NCBI GenBank assembly: GCA_018064365.1
Contig: JAGHVJ010000011.1
Coordinates: 13,269-77,268 of the forward strand
Direction of reading: 5' to 3'
DNA from: Candidatus Enterousia onthequi
GTDB lineage: Bacteria > Pseudomonadota > Alphaproteobacteria > Rs-D84
DNA: 64,000 nucleotides
The translations under genes and the position numbers were made by a program. The notes beneath the pieces were generated by a model, which saw only the letters and a list, made by a program, of their open reading frames with translations, did no database searches and was not told where the DNA came from. This document shows, piece by piece, positions 1 to 7,817 of the stretch. Each line of letters opens with the position of its first letter. Position 1 is the stretch's first letter.

Positions 1-343
1 GTCGTGGAAAATATTGGGTATTAAAGAATTGTTTTAATGTCATGTCACGCAGTGTTTCATTACGTTCTTGACTAGGATCATTACCTTTATCTGCTTCCGT
101 TCGCAATTCACGAGCTTTCATCCTGGCATCAACCAGTTTAGTTACGCCAACCCTGCCAATCTTAACCCGTTTTGGAACACCCAAGAACTTAGTGTAAAAA
201 TAGTATGTTTTAGTACCACCATATGTTATCATTACACACAACCCAGCCTGACCAGTATCATAATATACAGCCGCTTTATCATCTGTTGGAACAGGCAGTT
301 CTAACAAGTTTTTTTCTGTAAAATTTATATGGTTATTTGTCAT
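1..343 (-). CDS. int: tyrosine integrase, P4/CP4-57-like; N-terminal part only, the gene runs off the left edge
   Basis: Not in the ORF track because there is no stop in the window. Reverse-strand translation from the ATG at 343-341 gives MTNNHINFTEKNLLELPVPTDDKAAVYYDTGQAGLCVMITYGGTKTYYFYTKFLGVPKRVKIGRVGVTKLVDARMKARELRTEADKGNDP... This has the layout of the DUF4102 arm-type DNA-binding domain of P4-like integrases. The ATG overlaps the TGA of the upstream ORF (ATGA at 340-343). Confidence 0.7.
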   Translation of the reverse strand, partial: MTNNHINFTEKNLLELPVPTDDKAAVYYDTGQAGLCVMITYGGTKTYYFYTKFLGVPKRVKIGRVGVTKLVDARMKARELRTEADKGNDPSQERNETLRDMTLKQFFNTQYFPR

Positions 344-987
344 TTTGTTTCACCTGTTTTTTCAAATTTTCCATCTAAAATGTCTTGCAGCCTATTAACC
401 ATGTCATGACGAGGTTCTGTTTGCTTAACAGCCGCATATAAACCATCCCAATAATCATGTGCCAAAATATGTGCCATACTTCGTACTTCTAATAAGAAAT
501 CTGCATCTTTTTCATACAAAACAAAATACACATAACTCAATACATCTAATACAAATTTTGTGGCACGCATCAAATCTTTACAATAGACCATGATTTCAGC
601 ATTTTCTTCCGTATTATGACAAATAGAATCTCTAAAAACTTTTAGTCTTTTTGCACCGTCGCTCTCGATTAATTCTTCATATGTTTTTGATAAAAAATCC
701 ATATCAGCTTTCCAAGAAGGGAACCTGTCTTTGAATAAGTCGGAATTTTTATCTAGCTGTTTAATAATGGTATTAATATTTATCTTATCCTTACCAGACG
801 GTTCTATCAATTTCTTAACAGACAATATTGTTCTTTGACGAATAGAGTAGAAAGAATACCTGTATAAATGACAACCATTATCTGGATACGAACACTTCAT
901 CCCCATAAGAAATATAACCGTATCAATGTACGCATTTATAGCATCTGCGCACACCCTATTAAACATTGTTCTTAAATCGTCTTTCAT
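340..987 (-). CDS. hypothetical protein with R-x4-H motif (possible HEPN-domain, AbiU2-like)
   Basis: 215-aa ORF. The only signature I recognise is FRDSICHN (R-x4-H) in a helical-looking C-terminal half. Its stop overlaps the integrase start, so the two look co-transcribed. Confidence 0.35.
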   Translation of the reverse strand: MKDDLRTMFNRVCADAINAYIDTVIFLMGMKCSYPDNGCHLYRYSFYSIRQRTILSVKKLIEPSGKDKININTIIKQLDKNSDLFKDRFPSWKADMDFLSKTYEELIESDGAKRLKVFRDSICHNTEENAEIMVYCKDLMRATKFVLDVLSYVYFVLYEKDADFLLEVRSMAHILAHDYWDGLYAAVKQTEPRHDMVNRLQDILDGKFEKTGETK

Positions 988-1020
988 TTTGTCTCCTGGT
1001 TATTACATCCGTATGTCATT

Positions 1021-1059
1021 TTTGCTACCCTTTTGCTACCATGAACGTTTTTTGCTACC
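1021..1059. repeat. three direct TTTGCTACC repeats (candidate arm-type recombinase binding sites)
   Basis: TTTGCTACC occurs at 1021-1029, 1032-1040 and 1051-1059, in noncoding DNA about 100 nt left of the tRNA-Asn fragment. Confidence 0.5.
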
Positions 1060-1159
1060 AATTTTCGTTTATTATCATTAATTGCATATTAGCCGCAACA
1101 CCGCAGAATATCAAGTAAAAATTAAAAATATTAAGTTTTGTTAAAACCACCAAAAACGC

Positions 1160-1205
1160 ACTGTTAATCCGTATGTCACTGGTTCGAGTCCAGTTGCCCG
1201 AACCA
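1160..1205 (+). pseudogene. tRNA-Asn(GUU) 3' fragment, anticodon loop to CCA; att-type junction, not a functional tRNA
   Basis: ACTGTTAATCCGTATGTCACTGGTTCGAGTCCAGTTGCCCGAACCA contains the anticodon loop CUGUUAA, T-arm CTGGTTCGAGTCCAG, acceptor 3' strand and CCA. It matches my recollection of E. coli tRNA-Asn over most of this length. The complementary 5' acceptor strand (TCGGGCA) and the D-arm are absent upstream. Confidence 0.8.
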
Positions 1206-1384
1206 AGAGTTTTTGAATATAATGAACCCCGCAGAAATGCTGGGTTTTTCTTTATCCTGATTGTTTTTTGAATCAAATGGCTTGGGTTTGTTGGGAGCGA
1301 TCATTTCCAAGGCAATAACATTCGAAAAGCCCCAGATTTCCAACACTTTGTATCACCAGTTAAAAATCAAACGGAGTAAAAATT

Positions 1385-3085
1385 ATGTTGTTTGAAAAGT
1401 GTGATACGCCCTGTGGTACATTTGGACCAAAACCACGAATAATCTTGCGTAAAAATATCTTCTATTATATGATTGAATTACCATACGTTAACGGTAAAAG
1501 ACGCTTCTTCAGAAAATCGCTACATACTGATAACTATTTTGAAGCACGCCAAATCGTTAAGATGTGGATAACCCAAGGATTGAATATGCGTACACCAAAG
1601 TTTCCAGTTTTTGAATATCCGTCTGATCGTCAGATGTATGATATGAAAAAACAAGCGAAATCGATATATAAATCTGGCAATTTGTGGTCTGAAATTCGTC
1701 GATTGTTGGAATTAACACACTTTGATACACCTAACATTAAAATGTGTACGGTCAGCAAATTAGATCCGCTTGAACCCTTTGAATTATCTAAATCTAATGA
1801 TCCGAAAACCGTTGAAATGTTGTTGGAATTAGATCCTTATGCACAAAGGGAAATGATAATTAAAGAACGTGAAATTGCTGTATTAAAGCGTGAAATGGCG
1901 ATTGCAGAACGCGAACAAAAACAAGCCGAACGGGAACAACAATTTTATCAAAAACAACAAGAATTTGCAGATATGCAAAAAACGTACCAACAGATGCAAT
2001 ACGTAAGATCTGCAAGTATAGATTTTCTGCAAAATCAAAACGTTATCCAACCTGCTAAACCAGATAAAAAATTAGATTTGATAACGATCCAAAGTGTTTT
2101 AAATCGTTTTGCGTTTAAATGTGGTGAAACAAAAGAAGAAACGCAAAGAAAGCAAAAGATTATAACGAAGTATTCAACCGAAGCAGGATTAACACTTGAT
2201 GATGATTACTCAAAGTTTCATAATGCAACAATGCTGACCACTATTTTCAATTTGATAATAAATAATCCAGACATCAAAGGTGATCAAAAAAGGAAACACG
2301 CAAGATGGATCAAAGAATTTGTTAATTTTGCAGCCCAGGTTCATCCTGATTTGTATAAAACGAACATTTTGGCGTATTTACCAGATATTGAAGGTACTAA
2401 AAAATCAGAAAAGACCCCACACGACCCATACAGCGAAGAACAATTGATGCAAATTTTCAACCCAGAATATAAATTCTTTGAAAAACACCCTGATTTTTAT
2501 TGGGGTTGTATGATTGCGTTATTTACTGGCGCCAGATTAAATGCGACTTTTACCCTGCAATACAAAGACATATTTCAAAAAGACGGCATTTGGTGTGTTC
2601 ATTTCGTTGAAGATTGTCCGGGGGTTAAAAAATTAAAAACAGAAGAATCTGAACGATTGATTCCGATACATTCTGCGCTGGTAAACATGGGATTTATTGA
2701 ATATCTTAACCGCCAAAAGATTAAACGCAAAGCTACAGATACAGATTTTATATTTCCGGTGTGTTTAACATCTGGCGGAAAATTGAATACCCACATACCA
2801 AGAAACTTTTTCAATTTTATAACCCAAATTGGTATTAAAGATGCTGCAAGTGGCAAATATGATTTTCACAGTTTCCGCAAAAATGCTAATATGCGGATGG
2901 AATCTTGCGGTATCATCCGTTCATATATCGATAAATTAATCGGTTGGTTAAGCAAAGGTAGCGAAGGCGAACGCTCGTATTCGAATTACACAATCAAACA
3001 ATTATCAGATCAGCTGGAATTATTAAATTATGATTTCCTGCAGGACGAGTTCGATTACTGGCGTGATGTGATGTCAAAAAAATAA
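1385..3085 (+). CDS. int: tyrosine recombinase / phage-type integrase
   Basis: 566 aa. The C-terminal catalytic region has the conserved Arg (GARLNATFTL), HxxR (HSFRKNANM) and a terminal Tyr region (ERSYSNY). It lies immediately downstream of a tRNA 3' fragment. Confidence 0.85.
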   Translation: MLFEKCDTPCGTFGPKPRIILRKNIFYYMIELPYVNGKRRFFRKSLHTDNYFEARQIVKMWITQGLNMRTPKFPVFEYPSDRQMYDMKKQAKSIYKSGNLWSEIRRLLELTHFDTPNIKMCTVSKLDPLEPFELSKSNDPKTVEMLLELDPYAQREMIIKEREIAVLKREMAIAEREQKQAEREQQFYQKQQEFADMQKTYQQMQYVRSASIDFLQNQNVIQPAKPDKKLDLITIQSVLNRFAFKCGETKEETQRKQKIITKYSTEAGLTLDDDYSKFHNATMLTTIFNLIINNPDIKGDQKRKHARWIKEFVNFAAQVHPDLYKTNILAYLPDIEGTKKSEKTPHDPYSEEQLMQIFNPEYKFFEKHPDFYWGCMIALFTGARLNATFTLQYKDIFQKDGIWCVHFVEDCPGVKKLKTEESERLIPIHSALVNMGFIEYLNRQKIKRKATDTDFIFPVCLTSGGKLNTHIPRNFFNFITQIGIKDAASGKYDFHSFRKNANMRMESCGIIRSYIDKLIGWLSKGSEGERSYSNYTIKQLSDQLELLNYDFLQDEFDYWRDVMSKK

Positions 3086-3744
3086 ATTCCAAAAAAACGC
3101 GCTTTAGGGACTTTTTATGCCATTTGCATACATCGAATTCAGTACGTTGTGCGATTTTTGATGTTCCGCCAGTTAAGATTTTGTGTCGTTGTTGTATCTA
3201 AAAAAAATTAATTTCTCACTTAAAACTATAGTTAAAAATATAATAACCCATTGATTTGCCATCAATTTTTTATTTTTTTATTTTCTATTATTTTTTACTT
3301 TTTTTATTTTTTACCCAAAAATGAAAAAATAAAAAATAATTTTTACCAATATTAAAATTTTCCACAAAAAACGCCTTTCTGCTTCAAGCAAAACAACCGA
3401 TTGAGAACACAACACATTATTTTGCTTTACAAAGTATTTTTTTGATGATACGATAGTAATATATACGAAAGTTAAGTAGTAACTCAACTTAGTATGCGTT
3501 TGATCTGTATATGAAAAACATTCGTTAAATATGTTTTAATATATAAGTTTATGTGCTTATGCATTTTTATGATGGGTTTTTTATACCCTATTTTTTTTTA
3601 CGTTCTTAAAACCAATTTCCCAATAAACAGTGTAGATAGCTAGTTATATAATAGCACTTTTTGTGCTTTTTTTTATAAACCCGGGCCTTTTTGGCCCTTT
3701 TTTCATTTCTAAAAATCAATCTCAACATATAAAGGAAACAAGCC

Positions 3745-4041
3745 ATGAAATACGAAAAAGTACCTGCAACAAATGCAAACGAAAACGATATTGCAGCATA
3801 TTGTGCAAACAATAATATCGAAATCAGTCTGGGCAATGCTCACGATGTAACTATGAGAACTTTTAAACTCAACCCCATTATGCAACTTGATTCATATGGG
3901 GTGCCTCATAATGTAACAGAAAGAGTCGCTAGGTTTATAGAGTGCCAACCGACCACAATTGCACGTATTGCAGAAAAAACTGAACTTATAAAAGTCGAAT
4001 TACAACAAGAAAACTTTCGAAAAAATATTCAAAAAGCATAA
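3745..4041 (+). CDS. small hypothetical protein, possible HTH (excisionase/regulator-like)
   Basis: 98-aa ORF just upstream of the helicase-like gene. The segment VARFIECQPTTIARIAEK looks helix-turn-helix-like. No firm motif. Confidence 0.3.
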   Translation: MKYEKVPATNANENDIAAYCANNNIEISLGNAHDVTMRTFKLNPIMQLDSYGVPHNVTERVARFIECQPTTIARIAEKTELIKVELQQENFRKNIQKA

Positions 4042-4059
4042 ATTGATGCGATTCCAGAT

Positions 4060-5088
4060 TTGACAAAATTGGTCAAAAATCTTTACCGCTTAAATATTGT
4101 GGATGAAAACAGCTATTTAGCTTTGGTCTGTTTTCTTATGCAACTCAAATATTCGCGTGATCAAGAAATTCCAACAAATGATAAAACTTGTGTATTTTTC
4201 AACGGTGTGGCACGCAATGGCAAATCTGCAACAGCAAAAGCAATTTGTGATATAGAATCACAATATGGAAATGTGTTTAAAGCACAATCTGGAAAACTTT
4301 TAGAATCAACTCACGAAGAACAAGTTTGGAAAAGCCATTTAAATTATTTTGATGAAGTAAAACCAACAGATATTGATCGTGAATTGTTATTAACTATTGT
4401 TAACGGTGGTGAAGTCGAAATTAACCCTAAAAATAAAAAACCCTATAATTATCACGTTAATACCAACAATATATTCACATCTAATGATCAAATAAGTTTA
4501 AAACAGCGTCGTGTATCGATTATTAAATTTGGCAACAGATTAAGTGGACGACCTTTAGGGGCAGAAGCTTTAATTGATATTGTAACCAATATTATTAATT
4601 CGTTACCAAGTTTTGATCATTATTATGATTTATACGATATTGTTTCCGTTTATAATGAAAATCGTATAAACGCGTTAGCGATATCAAATATTATCACATA
4701 TATATCTGAAAAATTTGGTTTTGTGAATGCTTCAAATGAGATTTCTTTAACCAGCAATCTAACTTTCGCACCACATGATATATATAACTGTGTACAGAAC
4801 GTTTTTACAAAACAAATCATTACATCAGAACGTAAAGAAGCTATACGAACGGCCTTAAATTATTTGGAAGAACAAAATTTGATTCATCGTATTGAATACG
4901 ATTACTGCTCCACCAAATATTATAGTGTAGACGCTCGAAGTTATCTAAAAATCATGGAGATTTATAACGACATAAACACCAAATATGAAACAAATATTAA
5001 AGTCACAGAATCTGATCTTTATCAAAGTTTATCCAGATTCTTTGATAACGTTTCAGCAACAAATTTAACAGAAACACAAGGAGAATAA
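4060..5088 (+). CDS. SF3-helicase-like P-loop NTPase (P4 alpha / D5-family C-terminal type)
   Basis: Walker A GVARNGKS, Walker B-like HLNYFDEV, and motif C-like NIFTSN. The TTG start comes from the ORF track. Confidence 0.55.
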   Translation: MTKLVKNLYRLNIVDENSYLALVCFLMQLKYSRDQEIPTNDKTCVFFNGVARNGKSATAKAICDIESQYGNVFKAQSGKLLESTHEEQVWKSHLNYFDEVKPTDIDRELLLTIVNGGEVEINPKNKKPYNYHVNTNNIFTSNDQISLKQRRVSIIKFGNRLSGRPLGAEALIDIVTNIINSLPSFDHYYDLYDIVSVYNENRINALAISNIITYISEKFGFVNASNEISLTSNLTFAPHDIYNCVQNVFTKQIITSERKEAIRTALNYLEEQNLIHRIEYDYCSTKYYSVDARSYLKIMEIYNDINTKYETNIKVTESDLYQSLSRFFDNVSATNLTETQGE

Positions 5089-5091
5089 ATT

Positions 5092-5649
5092 ATGCTTAAA
5101 ACAATTAATATGGATTTGGGAAAACCCCTTCTTGAAGAAATGAAGTTACATAAAGAAAATCAACTGGTGATTACAGCCGACACGATAGCTAAAGGGAATA
5201 TGCTTTATCATACTAATCTTAAGCAAATACTTAAGTTTATTTTGCAAAATCCGAAGTTTGAAATGGCAGCAAACAAAGGTTTTACTTTAGAAGATGTATT
5301 AAAACGTTATATAACTAAAGATGTTTGCACGTATATTTCATGTAATTTCATATTAAACTTTTTAGACGAACAACTTCCAATTAGGGAGCTTATTGAAGAT
5401 TATGTAAAAGAATTATATATGAACACCCTAGGTTTGAGCGACGAAAAAACCATGGAAATTTTCGAAAACTACAAAATACACAATATTTCAATGGGATGTC
5501 CACCTGGTGTAACGATGGAAGATAAATGGTCTTTCCGGCAACGTAAAAAGCGGGAAAAGCAGCAGGCGATAGCAAAATACAAAAAGGAACAACGCGAAAA
5601 GAGAAAATTGGCTCATTTGCAACATTTATATGACACTACCCCACATTAA
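5092..5649 (+). CDS. hypothetical protein with basic C-terminal tail
   Basis: 185-aa ORF 3 nt after the previous gene. Lys/Arg-rich tail (RQRKKREKQQAIAKYKKEQREKRK). No recognisable domain. Confidence 0.4.
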   Translation: MLKTINMDLGKPLLEEMKLHKENQLVITADTIAKGNMLYHTNLKQILKFILQNPKFEMAANKGFTLEDVLKRYITKDVCTYISCNFILNFLDEQLPIRELIEDYVKELYMNTLGLSDEKTMEIFENYKIHNISMGCPPGVTMEDKWSFRQRKKREKQQAIAKYKKEQREKRKLAHLQHLYDTTPH

Positions 5650-5805
5650 TTATATTACGGAACAAAATATCTCAAAAAATATGTTCTATGTAATATATGG
5701 GTTGGTTGGTGTTATAGGCTGTAAATCGCTATTTCTATTAACCGCCTTGTCTGTAAAACATAAAAAGCGCTGAAAATACTGTAAAAAAACAATACAGAGA
5801 TTCAA

Positions 5806-5837
5806 GTAAGCGTTTGTAATGTTTATATCGCGTAATG
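5806..5837. repeat. perfect tandem duplication of a 16-mer (GTAATGTTTATATCGC x2), candidate iteron/origin element
   Basis: Units at 5806-5821 and 5822-5837 are identical. They lie about 50 nt upstream of the HUH-like gene. Confidence 0.6.
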
Positions 5838-5884
5838 TTTATATCGCGCGCAAAAAAATTAAAGCAATCGAGGACTAATAAAAA

Positions 5885-6403
5885 ATGACTACGAATACTA
5901 AAATAAGCCTTAATTCCAACACAACCATCCAAACAAAAAGTATATTATATTCGTGGTTAAATAATATTAGTCCTCAATTTTTTTTATCAATTCAACTTCC
6001 CAAGCACCTTCGTTCAACAGATTTGACAAAATCCAACAAAAATTTATTAAAAATTATGCTAAAATTTGAGAAAATATCATTAAAAAGACATTGGAATAAA
6101 AAACACATCCCTTTTATTGCTTTTTCAGAACACGGGAAAGCACGAACTTGGCATTACCATGTATATATTTATAGCTGTTCCTTTAGTTTTTTTAAAATAA
6201 AATCAATAATTAATGATGTTTCAACAGAATTAAATTTACCCCCTGAAGTGCTACATGTTGAACCCATATCAACAACTGGAGTATATCCGTATACATCCAA
6301 AGAAATTATTGCTGATATTAATTACCACTTTGATTCAGACCGTATAATTACATCAGAATTTTTATTTAATCTTCCACCTATATCAATAAAACATATTCCA
6401 TAA
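5885..6403 (+). CDS. HUH-superfamily endonuclease-like protein (Rep/relaxase-type)
   Basis: 172 aa with an HUH-like motif (TWHYHVYIY) followed by a YxxK-type motif (VYPYTSKEI). Confidence 0.45.
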   Translation: MTTNTKISLNSNTTIQTKSILYSWLNNISPQFFLSIQLPKHLRSTDLTKSNKNLLKIMLKFEKISLKRHWNKKHIPFIAFSEHGKARTWHYHVYIYSCSFSFFKIKSIINDVSTELNLPPEVLHVEPISTTGVYPYTSKEIIADINYHFDSDRIITSEFLFNLPPISIKHIP

Positions 6404-6506
6404 TCACAGAATCAGGTCCAGAATCACAGAAATTAAAATTTTGATAACTTATACATCGGTCAAAATTAGAGCAATTCAGGATCAATTATTTGCAAAGTAA
6501 TTAAAA

Positions 6507-6541
6507 ACCACCAATTTTTATCTTGGTGGTCTTTTTTTTTA
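6507..6541 (+). terminator. rho-independent terminator after the HUH-like gene
   Basis: Stem ACCACCAA (6507-6514) pairs with TTGGTGGT (6523-6530), followed by a T-run at 6532-6541. Confidence 0.7.
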
Positions 6542-6690
6542 TACATTTATGATGTTCACACTCATTGCAATGTTATTATCTTTTAATTTTTGCCGTGCTA
6601 TCTTTGCCTGTTCATACGTAAAATATAATTCAGGTAGTTCAATCCCATTTGCAACAAGTTTAAAGCAAGTGCAATTCATATCATCCCCCT

Positions 6691-6930
6691 TTATTGCAAT
6701 ATTAAAACTTCTTTTTTATCTGTATCTGAATCAGTATCATCATCGTCATCATCCACATCAACTAATTTATCCATACGGTGATAACTACTGTATTCAACGT
6801 ATCCAGTATCGATATCTTTAATTTCTTTGCATACGGTGGTGTTCCAATAATCCCCATAGTTATATGCAAATTCAACTTCCATATCATCTGGATAAAATGA
6901 TAATTCACTAATAAGTTCACTTACGGTCAT
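6691..6930 (-). CDS. small highly acidic hypothetical protein
   Basis: 79 aa ending in VDVDDDDDDTDSDTD. The overlapping plus-strand ORF 6549..6821 looks like low-complexity shadow. Confidence 0.5.
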   Translation of the reverse strand: MTVSELISELSFYPDDMEVEFAYNYGDYWNTTVCKEIKDIDTGYVEYSSYHRMDKLVDVDDDDDDTDSDTDKKEVLILQ

Positions 6931-6985
6931 TTTTTATTCCTTTGGTTTGTGGTAAATTTAATTAACTATTTGATTTGAATAGTTT

Positions 6986-7315
6986 TCAATATTCATCACT
7001 ACGCATAATGGTCAAAACACGTGTTGTGATATCTGGGTTACTTGGATCATTGGATCCATACTCCATTGATGTATCGTAATAATCTATCTTGAAAAAATAG
7101 TTTATTCCATCGTGTTCAATACGACCAAAATCGTGTTCTTGGTATGGATCATTATCAGCATTAAAATTATTAAATTCACTGACTTTTTTAAATAAATTCA
7201 TTCTGTTAATAATTGATAACGCCACAACCCCGGCAGTAATAACAACTTTATTCTTACCGGGACTAAATATATTTTGACGTAATCTATCGTTTAATTCAGC
7301 AATTCTGTTTTTCAT
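6986..7315 (-). CDS. DUF3768-like protein
   Basis: 109 aa containing DNDPYQEHDFGRIEH. This matches my recollection of the conserved (N)DPYGEHDFG core of DUF3768, a family common on plasmids and islands. Confidence 0.55.
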   Translation of the reverse strand: MKNRIAELNDRLRQNIFSPGKNKVVITAGVVALSIINRMNLFKKVSEFNNFNADNDPYQEHDFGRIEHDGINYFFKIDYYDTSMEYGSNDPSNPDITTRVLTIMRSDEY

Positions 7316-7593
7316 TATGCAACCTTTGATTCCATAATAAACTTGTTAAATTGACGCAAGCCACATCTTACTGCACGTGATTTCATACGACCACGGACAT
7401 AATGTTCACCACCGTCAAAATATCGTGGTAAAACATCAGATATAGAATCTGCTAATTGTTCAATTGTCTTATTTTCCCACTGACACACGTATTTTACACC
7501 GGTCAAATAATCAAACACTGTGGATGGTTTATTGTTCGCAGTAAACAATTTATAACCGTTGTTAATTAACCAATTTTTAAAGTTTTTTGTCAT
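7315..7593 (-). CDS. hypothetical protein
   Basis: 92-aa ORF whose stop overlaps the start of the DUF3768-like gene by 1 nt (TAATG), which suggests translational coupling. Confidence 0.45.
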   Translation of the reverse strand: MTKNFKNWLINNGYKLFTANNKPSTVFDYLTGVKYVCQWENKTIEQLADSISDVLPRYFDGGEHYVRGRMKSRAVRCGLRQFNKFIMESKVA

Positions 7594-7817
7594 GATTTAT
7601 ACCTCTTTGTTTATCATTACAGGTATAATCCTACCGTGTAAAAACTGCTTTGCACACAAAAAAATGGCTAAAACCCGCCATTTTTTTGATAATTTACTAT
7701 TTAATTTGAATAGGTTATCTCGAATAAACTATTAGATTTAAATAGTTTATAATGCTTTTTATACCAATATGCTTCACTAAAAATACCCCTAATTATAAGA
7801 TAATATAAAGAACTTTG

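Noticed and set aside
68-304. 78-aa plus-strand ORF from the track
   Set aside because: It lies entirely antisense to the clearly recognisable P4-like integrase N-terminus, so it is a shadow ORF.
1055-1276. 73-aa minus-strand ORF from the track
   Set aside because: It spans the tRNA-Asn fragment and the repeat region, has an odd composition and has no RBS. It is most likely a chance ORF.
3240-3350. Reiterated T-rich units that at first glance resemble a short repeat array (CRISPR-like?)
   Set aside because: The units are pure A/T low complexity with no unique spacers, no regular repeat-spacer period of 25 nt or more, and no cas genes in the window. This is better explained as an A/T-rich unwinding or curved-DNA region.
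6549-6821. 90-aa plus-strand ORF with a His-rich stretch
   Set aside because: It overlaps the acidic 79-aa gene antisense, and the HHRHHPH run mirrors the poly-Asp codons, so it is a shadow ORF.
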